The translations under genes were made by a program, and so were the position numbers. This document shows, piece after piece, positions 46,946 through 57,402 of a stretch of 64,000 nt of DNA (positions are counted from its first letter, which is position 1; each line of letters opens with the position of its first letter). Origin of the DNA: Armatimonadota bacterium. Its GTDB lineage: Bacteria > Armatimonadota > HRBIN16. Under the pieces are notes generated by a model, which saw only the letters and a list, made by a program, of their open reading frames with translations, did not search any database and was not told the DNA's origin. The DNA lies in NCBI GenBank assembly GCA_963677485.1, contig OY781964.1, positions 4,864,001 through 4,928,000 on the forward strand, read 5' to 3'.

Positions 46946-48955
46946 CTACACCTTCTGCTTGGATAGCTCCTCAATTAGCGCCTGCTCAGCCATTTCCAGG
47001 CTGCAGTGGTGGATCACCTGATCACCCACGCGGATGGTCGGCCCCTTATCGCAGGCTTCGAAGCAGAAGGTGGCCTTGACGTCCACACTGTCCTGCAGGC
47101 CCCGCTCCTTCAGCGTGTTGAATAGCTCATGCAGCAGTGTCTGGCTGCCGCGAACCAGGCAACTGGTGCCCACGCATACGCTGACTGGCAGCTTTTGTTT
47201 GGCCGGTCCTTGTGACAGCTTCAGGTCGGAGTCTAGAATGCGCTTGCGACTGTGATAGCTGGTGTGCAGCAGATGATGGGCTTTAGTTCCGCCCACATCG
47301 CCCAGGCAAGTTTCATAGCACTCCGCCACCATGTGGTTGTCCTGCGCTTTGTGGAACTCCAGCATCTTGTCACTGTCATACAGGCCTCGTGTGCGCTGCC
47401 GTTTGACCTCAGGATCGTAGGTGCAGGGCTGCCCAGCTCCGGCGATACATCCACCCACACAGGTCATCACCTCGATGAGGTCGTAGTCCACTGTACCGGC
47501 AAGCACCCCCTCAGCGACCTTACGGGCATTGGCCAGACCATGCACGATGGCCAGCTTGAGGGTGGTGCCCTCCAGGTTGATGGTGGCCTCACGGATCCCG
47601 GCCTCACCACGCACCGCTTTGAAGTCCACGCTGCCCAGCTTGGTGTTGGTCAGCTTCTCGGCGGCGTATCGCAGCACTGCTTCCGTGACTCCACCTGTCG
47701 CGCCAAATATCACACCGGCACCCGTCTTGAAGCCGAAGGGCATATCAAGGCTTTCGGGTTCCAGCTTGTTGAAACGCAACCCAGCTTGTTCGATCATCCG
47801 AGCCAGCTCCTGGGTAGTGATCACGATATCCACATCGGCGATGCCCTTATGAGTGAACTCGTCGCGCTTCGCCTCAAACTTCTTGGCGGTGCAAGGCATG
47901 ATAGAGACCACCACCAGGTTTTCGCGGGCGACACCCAGCTTTTCGGGCAGGATCTCCTTCGCCAGCGAGCCGAACATCTGCTGCGGTGAGCGGCAGGAGG
48001 AGAGGTTGGGCAACAGACCAGGGTAATACTGCTCCGCGAACTTCACCCAGCTTGGGCAGCAGCTCGTGAACTGCGGCAGCTTCTCTCCTTTGGTCTTGCG
48101 TCCGATGAACTCGGTGGCTTCCTCTATGACCGTCAGGTCCGCCGCAAAGGAGGTGTCGTAGACCTGATCGAATCGCATCGACTTCAGTGCCGACACGATC
48201 TGCCCTGTGGTGATGCTGCCCGCTTCAAGCCCAAAGCACTCCCCGAGGGCCACACGCACGGCCGGAGCGATCTGCGCCACGACCATCTTCTCAGGGTTGT
48301 CGAGGGCTTTCCACACCTCGTCCACTTCCGATTTAGGTGTGATCGCACCCGTCGGACAGACGCTGGCGCAAAGGCCGCAGTAGACGCACTCCACCTGGTT
48401 CAAGTCCTTACCGAAGGCCGGTTTGACCGCCGTGTTGGCCCCTCGACCCACAAAGTCGATCGCCCCAATGCCCTGAACCTCGCGGCAGGCTCGCACGCAG
48501 TCACCGCACAGCACGCACTTGTTCGGGTCGCGTACCAGAGATGGCGAGCTGCTGTCGACCGGCTCCGGTTTGTGTGTCATTTTATAACGCACTTTGGTGA
48601 TACCCATCCGGCGGGCCAGGTTCTGCAGGTCGCAAGCAGCGCTCTTCGGACAGGTGGGGCAGCTCTGGTCATGGTTGGCCAGAAGCAGCTCTACCGCGAT
48701 CTTGCGGATTTCACGGATCTCCTCGGTGTTGGTTTTGATCACCATCCCCTGCTCCGGTGCCGTGGAACAGGAAGTGACGATGCCCTTGCCTGCGATGTCC
48801 ACTAAGCAAAGACGGCACGCACCATACACGCTAAGGTCAGACCGGTAACAGAAGGTCGGGATGTCTATGCCGGCCTTGCGAGCCACTTCCAGCACGTTGC
48901 GCTCGTTGTCGAGCAGTATCTCCCGGCCATCGATATTTATGTATCCTGGATTCAT
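46946..48955 (-). CDS. hydA: [FeFe]-hydrogenase catalytic subunit, group A3, with C-terminal [2Fe-2S] domain
   Basis: TSCCPSW, MPCTAKKFE, EVMTCVGGCIAGAGQP; N-terminal [2Fe-2S], His-ligated and 2x[4Fe-4S] motifs; C-terminal CVGTSC...FCFEAC. Confidence 0.95.
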   Translation of the reverse strand: MNPGYINIDGREILLDNERNVLEVARKAGIDIPTFCYRSDLSVYGACRLCLVDIAGKGIVTSCSTAPEQGMVIKTNTEEIREIRKIAVELLLANHDQSCPTCPKSAACDLQNLARRMGITKVRYKMTHKPEPVDSSSPSLVRDPNKCVLCGDCVRACREVQGIGAIDFVGRGANTAVKPAFGKDLNQVECVYCGLCASVCPTGAITPKSEVDEVWKALDNPEKMVVAQIAPAVRVALGECFGLEAGSITTGQIVSALKSMRFDQVYDTSFAADLTVIEEATEFIGRKTKGEKLPQFTSCCPSWVKFAEQYYPGLLPNLSSCRSPQQMFGSLAKEILPEKLGVARENLVVVSIMPCTAKKFEAKRDEFTHKGIADVDIVITTQELARMIEQAGLRFNKLEPESLDMPFGFKTGAGVIFGATGGVTEAVLRYAAEKLTNTKLGSVDFKAVRGEAGIREATINLEGTTLKLAIVHGLANARKVAEGVLAGTVDYDLIEVMTCVGGCIAGAGQPCTYDPEVKRQRTRGLYDSDKMLEFHKAQDNHMVAECYETCLGDVGGTKAHHLLHTSYHSRKRILDSDLKLSQGPAKQKLPVSVCVGTSCLVRGSQTLLHELFNTLKERGLQDSVDVKATFCFEACDKGPTIRVGDQVIHHCSLEMAEQALIEELSKQKV

Positions 48956-48987
48956 ACCATTTCTCCTGTAATTTGCGTGTAGATGGT

Positions 48988-50886
48988 CTATACCACAGCG
49001 CCGAACTTGCATACTTCTTTGCAGACACCGCACTTAATGCAGATGTCTTCATTGATGGTATGCGGCTTCTTGACTTCACCTGTGATGGCTCCGACAGGGC
49101 ACCTCTTCGCACAGATGGTGCAGCCTCTACACTTTTCAGCGTCGATGCTGGGCGGGCAGAGTGCCTTGCATTCACCAGCCGGACAGCGCTTTTGGTAGAC
49201 GTGAGCATCATACTCCGCGCGGAAGTAGCGCAGCGTGGACAGAATGGGGTTTGGAGCCGTCTTGCCCAAACCGCACAGCGATCCTTTAGCCACAGCCTTG
49301 GCGGTGCGCTCCAAAAGCTCCAGAGTCTCCGCGGTGCCGTTGCCATCCATGATGTCGTCCAGAAGTGCCAGCATTTGCTTGGTGCCTTCACGGCAGAGCA
49401 CACACTTGCCACAGGATTCGTTCTGAGTGAACTGCATAAAGAAGCGCGCGATGCGCACCATACAGGTGGACTTGTTCATGACCACCAGCCCGCCAGATCC
49501 AACCATGGCCCCTACACTGCGCAGGGAGTCGAAATCCATCTGCAGCTCCAGGTGCTCCTCAGTCAGGCATCCACCGGAAGGACCACCGATCTGAACCGCT
49601 TTGAAACCCTCACTGGTGAGTTTTCCCTGGTCGTCGGTCACGCCTCCGCCGATGTTGTTCACGATCTCGTTCAGAGTGGTGCCGAAGGGAACCTCAATCA
49701 AGCCAGTGTTCTGAACATGCCCGGTTAAGGCGAAGGTCTTGGTTCCAGGTGACTTCTCAGTGCCCAGTCGGCGATACGCCGCAGCACCCATGGTGAGGAT
49801 CAATGGGATGGAAGCCAGCGTCTCCACATTGTTTATCAGTGTGGGCTTGCCCCATAATCCACTTTGCGCCGGGAACGGCGGTTTCGGGTTGGGCATACCG
49901 CGCTTACCTTCAATGGAGGCCATGAGGGCGGTCTCTTCACCGCACACAAACGCACCAGCTCCCTCCATGACTTGCACATGGAAACTGTAGTTGGTACCGA
50001 AGATGTTATCACCCAAGATGCCGGCCTTTTCGGCGTCCTCCACAGCTTTGCGGATGCGAGCCACCGCCAGTGGATACTCCAGGCGCACATAAACATATCC
50101 CTCGTCAGCCCCGATCGCTCTTGCCGCGATCATCATGCCCTCGATCACAGAGTGTGGATTACCCTCCATCACGCTACGGTCCATGAATGCTCCGGGGTCG
50201 CCCTCATCACCGTTGCAGATCACATACTTCTTGGGGCCAGGCTGCACACGGGTGATATCCCACTTCTTACCCGTGGGGAACCCGCCGCCGCCTCGTCCGC
50301 GCAGGCCTGATTGCATGATCTCCTCGCACACCATCTGGTCTGTCATGTCGATAAATGCCTGCCGAGCCGACCAGTATCCGCCATTATGGATGTATTCTTT
50401 GATATCTTCAGGGTCGATGACTCCGCAGGCTTTCAACACCGTGCGCGACTGGCGCACATAGAACGGGATATCGTCTGTGCCGTGGCAGTGTTTGCCCGAG
50501 AGAGCGTCCTTGTAGAGCAGGCGGTCGACCATCTTGTTTTCGAGCAGGGTTTGCTGCACGATCTCGGCCACATCCGCTGGTTTCACTTTGGTGTATAGAA
50601 TGCCTTCGGGCAATACTGTCACCAAAGGGCCCATCTGGCAGAATCCCTGGCAACCGCTTTTGGAAAGATGGACATCACCGCTCTGCGTCTCTTCTTTTAG
50701 CTCCACGGCGACTTCCAGCCCGGCTTCGCCGATCAGCCTGGCGAACTCGGCGTGTACCTTCAACGCTCCATTGGCCACGCAGCCGGTACCTGCACAGATG
50801 ATCACACGCCTTGAAAAGATACTGGAGGCACGTTCATACTCGTCTGTGATGGCCCTGAGGTCGATTTGCATTATAGTGTTGTTCAA
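48988..50886 (-). CDS. hydB: Bifurcating hydrogenase diaphorase subunit (NuoF-like)
   Basis: GLRGRGGGGF, GDPGAFM, GGPSGG, CGKCVLC, two C-terminal 4Fe-4S motifs. Confidence 0.95.
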   Translation of the reverse strand: MNNTIMQIDLRAITDEYERASSIFSRRVIICAGTGCVANGALKVHAEFARLIGEAGLEVAVELKEETQSGDVHLSKSGCQGFCQMGPLVTVLPEGILYTKVKPADVAEIVQQTLLENKMVDRLLYKDALSGKHCHGTDDIPFYVRQSRTVLKACGVIDPEDIKEYIHNGGYWSARQAFIDMTDQMVCEEIMQSGLRGRGGGGFPTGKKWDITRVQPGPKKYVICNGDEGDPGAFMDRSVMEGNPHSVIEGMMIAARAIGADEGYVYVRLEYPLAVARIRKAVEDAEKAGILGDNIFGTNYSFHVQVMEGAGAFVCGEETALMASIEGKRGMPNPKPPFPAQSGLWGKPTLINNVETLASIPLILTMGAAAYRRLGTEKSPGTKTFALTGHVQNTGLIEVPFGTTLNEIVNNIGGGVTDDQGKLTSEGFKAVQIGGPSGGCLTEEHLELQMDFDSLRSVGAMVGSGGLVVMNKSTCMVRIARFFMQFTQNESCGKCVLCREGTKQMLALLDDIMDGNGTAETLELLERTAKAVAKGSLCGLGKTAPNPILSTLRYFRAEYDAHVYQKRCPAGECKALCPPSIDAEKCRGCTICAKRCPVGAITGEVKKPHTINEDICIKCGVCKEVCKFGAVV

Positions 50887-51389
50887 CTGGCATCCTCCTT
50901 CGCAGCGATCTCATCAACGAGTGATACCGCTTGTTTCGGGGACACTTGACCGTATACCTCGTCATTGATGACCATCACAGGAGCCAGTCCACAAGCTCCC
51001 AGACAGGAGACTGTCTCGACGGTAAACAGCATATCTGGTGTGGTCTTGTCTACGTCCGACAGCTTTAGCTTATCTTGCAAAGCCCGTAGGATGGGCAGTG
51101 ATTTCTTGACGTGGCAAGCGGTGCCGTCACACAACCGAATGACGTATTTGCCTTTAGGCTCCAATGCGAAGTGTGCGTAGAAGGTGGCCACGCCATACAC
51201 CTGTGCCGGCGGGATTTCCAGCACGGTGGCTACGTAGGTGAGTACCTCTTCGGGTAGATAGCGGTACTCCTCCTGGACAAGCTGCAGGATGGGTATCAGT
51301 TTGGCCGGATTGCGGTCAAACCTGTCAAGTATCTCACAGACTTTTTCGAACTGTCTGAGGTTGGTATGCGTTGTCTCGAGTGTTTGCAT
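50883..51389 (-). CDS. hydC: Bifurcating hydrogenase [2Fe-2S] subunit (NuoE-like)
   Basis: CDGTACH, CLGACGLAP; start behind AGGAG. Confidence 0.93.
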   Translation of the reverse strand: MQTLETTHTNLRQFEKVCEILDRFDRNPAKLIPILQLVQEEYRYLPEEVLTYVATVLEIPPAQVYGVATFYAHFALEPKGKYVIRLCDGTACHVKKSLPILRALQDKLKLSDVDKTTPDMLFTVETVSCLGACGLAPVMVINDEVYGQVSPKQAVSLVDEIAAKEDAS

Positions 51390-51446
51390 TCTAGACTCCT
51401 GAGAGCTGTTTGTGATAGCCGATGATGACATCGGGCTTTATGTTTC

Positions 51447-52091
51447 TTACCATTTACGCGTTCGTGATGAGCGCACGGACAGAACCGCCAGACCGGATGA
51501 AAGGTCCTCGTTTTGAACTACGACACCTTCGGGCACCTCTAGTGTCACGGGAGAGAAGTTCCATATGGCACTGATTCCTGATGATATCAGCTTGTCTGCT
51601 ACAGACTGCGCGAATTCTGCAGGCACGGTCAAGACGCCCATGATGATATCCAACTGCTGGACGGTTTCGGGCATGTCGTCCATGGGCAGCACTTTTTGGT
51701 CATGCACGATGCTGCCCACCACTTTCGGGCTGGCATCAAACGCGGCCACAATCTGCAGCCCGTATTTCATGAAGCCGGGGTAGCCCAGCAGAGCACTTCC
51801 AAGGTGACCAACCCCTACCAACACAGCCTGTTTGTTGCTGTCCCAGCCGAGGTACCTTTCGATGGCGTCAATCAAGTCGGTGACCAGATACCCCACTTTG
51901 GTGCGTCCCTCACAGCCTGTCACGGCGATGTCCTTGCGCACCTGTATGGGCTCCAGCTTTAGCTTGTCAGCGATGTAACTGCTGGACACCGTCTCTTTAT
52001 CGGCAGTGTCAATCTGCCGCAAAACAGTGAGATAAGCGGGCAGCCGTCGGATTGTCGGTAGGCTTGCAACCTTCTGCTTGTCGTAGTCCAT
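51447..52091 (-). CDS. rex: Redox-sensing transcriptional repressor Rex
   Basis: TIRRLPAY, VSS, QVRKD, VGY, GVGHLGSAL, IWNFSP. Confidence 0.95.
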   Translation of the reverse strand: MDYDKQKVASLPTIRRLPAYLTVLRQIDTADKETVSSSYIADKLKLEPIQVRKDIAVTGCEGRTKVGYLVTDLIDAIERYLGWDSNKQAVLVGVGHLGSALLGYPGFMKYGLQIVAAFDASPKVVGSIVHDQKVLPMDDMPETVQQLDIIMGVLTVPAEFAQSVADKLISSGISAIWNFSPVTLEVPEGVVVQNEDLSSGLAVLSVRSSRTRKW

Positions 52092-52130
52092 CGTGCTCCT
52101 TTAGCGTTGTAGATTTGCTGTATAATTATA

Positions 52131-52178
52131 TTGATAATTATTTATCTAATTATCCATTATAATATAGTTGGTTGTCAA
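52131..52178 (-). promoter_or_regulatory. Rex-like operator plus leftward sigma70-type promoter of rex-hydCBA
   Basis: TTGATAA-TTAT-TTATCTA (52131-52148), a near-perfect 7-4-7 palindrome; minus-strand TTGACA (52178-52173)-N18-GATAAT (52154-52149). Confidence 0.6.
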
Positions 52179-52232
52179 ATCAACAGCACTTCGCAATATC
52201 GGGAGAAACTCGAGAGGCACGGTCAGGAGACT

Positions 52233-53291
52233 ATGGATAAACAACAGATACTGAACTGGCTGAAAGAAACTGACGAACGAAGACTTCAGGAGCTTTGGTC
52301 GTGGGCTGATGAGGTTCGCCGTCAACACGTGGGAGATGCGATCTACCTGCGAGGTTTGATTGAGTTCTCCAACCACTGTGCCCGGCTGTGCGGATATTGC
52401 GGTCTGCGGGCAGACAACCAGCATGTCACCCGATACAGAATGAGTGCGGATGAAATACTACAGTGTTCCCACCATGCGCAGGAGCTGGGCTACGGAACTG
52501 TGGTGCTTCAATCGGGTGAGGACTACGGCATGAAGGCCGATTGGTTGGCCGATGTGGTGCGGCGTATTAAAGCCGAAACAAGGCTAGCTATTACTCTGAG
52601 TGTCGGTGAGCGCAGCGAGCAGGAGCTGCAACTGTGGCGAGAAGCGGGTGCTGACCGCTATCTACTGCGTTTTGAGACCTCGAACCCCCTGCTGTTCGAC
52701 CGCATCCACCCCTCGCTGCCAGGAAAACTCTCCGATCGGATCGCGCTGCTCAAGCTGATTCGGTCGCTCGGGTATGAAGTCGGAAGCGGCGTGATGGTGG
52801 GCATCCCCGAGCAGAGTTTCGATGACCTGGCCCAGGATATTCTGACATTTAACGAACTTGACCTGGACATGATAGGCATCGGACCATACTTGCCCCATCC
52901 CGAAACACCCATTGGGCAACATCCCGGGCAGTATTCACTTGATGCTGCCAATCAGGTTCCAGCTGATGTTCTGATGACATGCAAGGCGATCGCACTGACG
53001 CGCATCATGCGCCCAAAATGCAACATCCCCAGCACCACCGCTCTAGCCACTTTGGATAAGGCCCGCGGGCGTGAGCTGGGTTTGATGCGGGGGGCGAATA
53101 TCATGATGCCTAATGTCACCCTTTCCGAGTTCCGAGAAAACTACCAGATTTACCCCGATAAGGCCTGCCTTCACGAAACCGCTGGCCACTGTGCAGGCTG
53201 TATGACGAACCGCATCGCTGCGATCGGCCGAAGCATCGGCACCGGACGAGGTGATTCGCCCAACTACAAGAAAGCAGATGATATCACATGA
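52233..53291 (+). CDS. hydE: [FeFe]-hydrogenase maturase, radical SAM
   Basis: LRGLIEFSNHCARLCGYC, VLQSGED, RYLLRFET, TTAL.T, GANI.MPN, YQIYPDK. Confidence 0.95.
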   Translation: MDKQQILNWLKETDERRLQELWSWADEVRRQHVGDAIYLRGLIEFSNHCARLCGYCGLRADNQHVTRYRMSADEILQCSHHAQELGYGTVVLQSGEDYGMKADWLADVVRRIKAETRLAITLSVGERSEQELQLWREAGADRYLLRFETSNPLLFDRIHPSLPGKLSDRIALLKLIRSLGYEVGSGVMVGIPEQSFDDLAQDILTFNELDLDMIGIGPYLPHPETPIGQHPGQYSLDAANQVPADVLMTCKAIALTRIMRPKCNIPSTTALATLDKARGRELGLMRGANIMMPNVTLSEFRENYQIYPDKACLHETAGHCAGCMTNRIAAIGRSIGTGRGDSPNYKKADDIT

Positions 53292-54700
53292 TAGACCAAA
53301 ACATATACGATACGGACTTCATCGATGATCAACTCATCGAAGGCCTTCTCGCCCAACCATCCGAACCCGCTCAGGTTCGAGACGTGATTGCGAAGAGCAT
53401 GGCCAAACAGCCGTTGAGCATAGCCGAAACCGCCATTCTGGTCAACGCCACCCAACCGGAATTGATCGAAGAGATATTGGACGCCGCCCGAACCCTCAAG
53501 CGGGAGGTATACGGCAACCGCATCGTGCTGTTCGCACCGCTCTATATCGGCAACCTCTGCATCAACGACTGCGCATATTGCGGCTTCCGCCGATCCAACA
53601 AAGAGGCCATCCGAAGAACGCTTAGCATGGACGAGATACGTGATCAAGTCAAGGCTCTGGAGCAGACCGGCCACAAACGGCTGATCCTGGTTTACGGCGA
53701 ACACGCACGCTACGATGCGAAATTCATAGCAGAGACTGTGCGTGTGACCTATGACACCAAAATCCCCAAAGGTGAGATCCGACGGGTGAACATCAATGCC
53801 GCTCCGCTCAGCGTGGAAGACTACAAGATCGTGAAGCAGGCCGGCATCGGCACTTACCAGGTGTTCCAGGAAACTTACCACAAGCCGACCTACCAGACCG
53901 TGCATCCCGCGGGAACACGCAAGGCAGACTACCTCTGGCGGCTTCATGCGCTGGGACGCGCCATGGAGGCCGGCATCGACGATGTAGGCCTTGGCGGACT
54001 GTTTGGCCTATACGACTGGCGGTTTGAGCTGCTGAGCCTGGTCACACATGCGCTGCACCTACAGGCGGTGTATGGTGTGGGACCGCACACCATCAGTTTC
54101 CCGCGGTTGAAACCGGCCAGCGGGGTGAATCTGGACGAGCAGTGGCTGACCAGCGATGCCGAGTTCAAGCGTCTGGTGGCCATTCTGCGCCTGGCCGTGC
54201 CCTACACCGGGCTAATCATGACTTGTCGAGAATCGGCGGAGATGCGAAAAGAACTGATGGAGTTCGGCGTCTCGCAGATCGATGCGGGCACCAGGCTTGA
54301 GCTTGGCGGCTACACCGAGCAGCAGGATATCGACAGCCAGGAGAAGCACAAAGAGCAGTTCATGCTGGGTGATATGCGTCCCCTTGACGAAGTCGTGCAA
54401 CAGCTCCTGCGCGATGGACACATCCCCAGCTTCTGCACCGCCTGTTACCGCAAAGGTCGCACAGGCGAGGTGTTCATGGAGTATGCTATTCCTGGGTTCA
54501 TCGAAAAGATGTGTACCCCCAATGCGCTGAGCACGCTTCAGGAGTATCTGTGTGACTTCGCCAGCCCTGAGACGCGCCGCGTCGGTGAGCAGATCATCGA
54601 GCAGCAGCTCGCGCTGATGAGTAACGAGTCGGTGAAGCAGACACTGCAGGGTTACCTACAGCGGATCCGCAGCAGCGACGACCGCGACCTGGCGTTCTAG
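53288..54700 (+). CDS. hydG: [FeFe]-hydrogenase maturase, radical SAM
   Basis: FAPLY..NLCINDCAYC, FQETY, GPHTIS.PR, PSFCTACYR...CTPNAL. Confidence 0.96.
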   Translation: MIDQNIYDTDFIDDQLIEGLLAQPSEPAQVRDVIAKSMAKQPLSIAETAILVNATQPELIEEILDAARTLKREVYGNRIVLFAPLYIGNLCINDCAYCGFRRSNKEAIRRTLSMDEIRDQVKALEQTGHKRLILVYGEHARYDAKFIAETVRVTYDTKIPKGEIRRVNINAAPLSVEDYKIVKQAGIGTYQVFQETYHKPTYQTVHPAGTRKADYLWRLHALGRAMEAGIDDVGLGGLFGLYDWRFELLSLVTHALHLQAVYGVGPHTISFPRLKPASGVNLDEQWLTSDAEFKRLVAILRLAVPYTGLIMTCRESAEMRKELMEFGVSQIDAGTRLELGGYTEQQDIDSQEKHKEQFMLGDMRPLDEVVQQLLRDGHIPSFCTACYRKGRTGEVFMEYAIPGFIEKMCTPNALSTLQEYLCDFASPETRRVGEQIIEQQLALMSNESVKQTLQGYLQRIRSSDDRDLAF

Positions 54701-54764
54701 GAAGCGATCAGGGGCTGGATTGAGTTGCGTGCCATGGAAGCACCTTAGGTGAGGAGGACGGTTT

Positions 54765-56183
54765 ATGGATGCTGTGCGTATAGAGAATGATGGTCTGGGT
54801 GAGATGCCCTTACCTGCAGAGGCCCTGTATGGTATCCATACCCTCCGAGCGGTTCGGAACTTTCCGCTGAGCGGCCAGAAGGTCCATCCTGCTCTTGTCA
54901 CCGCCTATGGTGCAGTAAAGCTTGCTTGTATACGGGCGGCCCACGCCGTAACACCCTGGCCAACCGACGTGTTCGACGCCATGGAGACAGCGTGTCAGGA
55001 GATGCGCAACGGGTTGCTGACACAGCACATTCTGGTCGACGCCCTGCAAGGTGGAGCCGGAACCTCAACCAATATGAACGTGAATGAGGTGCTGGCGAAT
55101 CGTGCTTTGCAACTGTTGGGTCACCAACTTGGCAGCTATCTCGCAGTGCATCCGATAGAGGATATCAACCGCTACCAGTCCACAAACGACACCTACCCCA
55201 CCGCACTGCGCGTGGCGGCTATCGGCCTGATCCGTCAACTAGAAGCCGATGTGGTGGTGCTTCAGGAGGCGTTCCAGGCCAAAGAGCATGAATTCGCTGA
55301 TGTGGTGAAGGTGGCTCGCACACAGCTGCAGGATGCCGTGCTGACGACCCTCGGCAGAGAGATGGGCTGTTACGCCGAGGCGTTCGCCCGTGACCGCTGG
55401 CGTATCTACAAGTGCGAGGAGCGGCTGCGGGTAGTGAACCTTGGCGGAACCGCCATTGGAACCGGCATCGGTGCGCCACGGCAATACATTTTTCAAGCCA
55501 CAGAACGTCTGCGCGAAATTACCGGATTTGGGTTGGCGCGGGCTGAAAACATGCTGGCTGCGACGATGAGCACCGATCTGCTGATAGAGGTCAGTGGTAT
55601 GTTGAAAGCTCTGGCTTCCAACCTGCTGAAGACCGCCAATGACCTGAGGTTGTTGGCATCTGGCCCTGAGGCTGGACTGGCTGAGATCATGCTGCCCGCC
55701 CGTCAAGCGGGATCATCGATCATGCCTGGTAAGGTCAACCCGGTCATACCAGAAGCGGTAGCGCAGGCGGCTATCACCGTGATGGGCTACGACCAGATGC
55801 TAACCCAGGCCTGTTCGGCTGGCAACCTGGAGCTCAACCAGTTCATGCCGCTCATCGCCCACTGCCTTCTGAACAGCATCGAGCTGTTATCGAATGCCTG
55901 CCGTATCTTCGCCGAGAACTGCGTGGTGGTCATTCAAGCCAACAGAGAGCGGTGTGCAGCGACTGTAGAGAGCAGCACCGCGCTAGTGACCGCTCTGGCT
56001 GAAGAGATCGGATATGAGCGAGCCGCCGACATCGCACTGCAGGCTGTCAACACAAGGCGTTCCATTCGCGAGATCGTCACGAGCAGCGGCTTGATGAACG
56101 CTGAGCAGTTTGAACAGATGATCAGTCCTGCGAGGGTCACCCGGTTGGGATATCCGCAACGAAAGAGAGAGATACATGAATAG
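54765..56183 (+). CDS. aspA: Aspartate ammonia-lyase
   Basis: QGGAGTSTNMNVNEV, QSTNDTYPT, GSSIMPGKVNP. Confidence 0.9.
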   Translation: MDAVRIENDGLGEMPLPAEALYGIHTLRAVRNFPLSGQKVHPALVTAYGAVKLACIRAAHAVTPWPTDVFDAMETACQEMRNGLLTQHILVDALQGGAGTSTNMNVNEVLANRALQLLGHQLGSYLAVHPIEDINRYQSTNDTYPTALRVAAIGLIRQLEADVVVLQEAFQAKEHEFADVVKVARTQLQDAVLTTLGREMGCYAEAFARDRWRIYKCEERLRVVNLGGTAIGTGIGAPRQYIFQATERLREITGFGLARAENMLAATMSTDLLIEVSGMLKALASNLLKTANDLRLLASGPEAGLAEIMLPARQAGSSIMPGKVNPVIPEAVAQAAITVMGYDQMLTQACSAGNLELNQFMPLIAHCLLNSIELLSNACRIFAENCVVVIQANRERCAATVESSTALVTALAEEIGYERAADIALQAVNTRRSIREIVTSSGLMNAEQFEQMISPARVTRLGYPQRKREIHE

Positions 56184-57402
56184 CACCCCAAAAGCTAACC
56201 GGCTGCATATCGGCATATTCGGACGACGCAACGCCGGTAAGTCCTCACTATTGAACGCGCTGACAAGGCAGAAGGTTTCCATCGTCTCAGATATCGCCGG
56301 CACGACTACTGATCCAGTGGAGAAACCGATGGAGCTGCAGCCGCTGGGGCCGGTGCTGTTTATCGACACCGCGGGCATTGATGACGAGGGTGCGTTAGGG
56401 GAATTACGGGCAGAGAAGAGCCGGCGTGTGCTGGACCGCGCCGATGTGGCGTTGATTGTGGTGGCCGATGGTGTGTGGGGCAGTTTCGAACAAACGCTGG
56501 CTGACGAACTGCTCAAGCGGGCTGTTCCGCAGATCGCGGTGTTTAACAAGTCGGATATCACCACGGTCTCACCCGATGTCCAACAGATGGTCACCGCGCA
56601 GTTCATCCCTGTGGTCAGCGTATCGTCTTTGACCGGTGAGGGTCTGGCTGCTCTTCGCAGCTCACTAATCAACGTCGTGCCCGAAGGCTTTCTCGATACT
56701 CCGACCATCGCCGGTGACCTGGTTTCCCCTGGGCGGGCAGTCGTGCTGGTGACGCCCATTGATAAAGAGGCCCCGAAAGGTCGGCTTATACTGCCCCAAG
56801 TTCAGACCATACGCGACCTTCTGGACAACGACAACTGGTGTGTTGTGGTGAAAGAACGTGAGCTGCGCACCGCACTCGGTCAGTTACGCGAACCACCGGC
56901 ACTGGTGATTACCGATTCGCAGGCTTTTCTAAAAGTCGCCGCCGATACGCCGCCCGATGTGCCCATGACCTCCTTCTCCATTCTGTTCGCACGTCTGAAG
57001 GGCGATCTCACGCAGCTTGTGGCGGGTGCTGCCGCGATTGACCGTTTGAAGGCAGGTGACAAGGTTCTGATCGCCGAAGCTTGCAGCCACCACCCCATTG
57101 CTGACGACATAGGGAGGGTGAAGATACCCCGCTGGCTGCAGCAGTATGTGGGCGGCGAGCTGCAGTTTGTGCATTACCAGGGGCATGACTTCCCCGAAGA
57201 GCTGAGTGACTACACTTTGGTGATCCACTGCGGGGGTTGTATGCACAACCGCCGGTCGATGCTCACACGCATCATGCGCTGCCAGCAGGCGGGTGTCCCG
57301 ATGACTAACTACGGCTTGGCGATTGCCTATTGCCTGGGGATATTCGAGCGGGCACTGCAGCCCTTCCCCGCCGCGCTGGAGGCCTTCCATGCGGTGCGAT
57401 AA
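56176..57402 (+). CDS. hydF: [FeFe]-hydrogenase maturation GTPase
   Basis: GRRNAGKSS, GTTTDPV, DTAG, NKSD, EACSHH...HCGGCM. Confidence 0.96.
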   Translation: MNSTPKANRLHIGIFGRRNAGKSSLLNALTRQKVSIVSDIAGTTTDPVEKPMELQPLGPVLFIDTAGIDDEGALGELRAEKSRRVLDRADVALIVVADGVWGSFEQTLADELLKRAVPQIAVFNKSDITTVSPDVQQMVTAQFIPVVSVSSLTGEGLAALRSSLINVVPEGFLDTPTIAGDLVSPGRAVVLVTPIDKEAPKGRLILPQVQTIRDLLDNDNWCVVVKERELRTALGQLREPPALVITDSQAFLKVAADTPPDVPMTSFSILFARLKGDLTQLVAGAAAIDRLKAGDKVLIAEACSHHPIADDIGRVKIPRWLQQYVGGELQFVHYQGHDFPEELSDYTLVIHCGGCMHNRRSMLTRIMRCQQAGVPMTNYGLAIAYCLGIFERALQPFPAALEAFHAVR

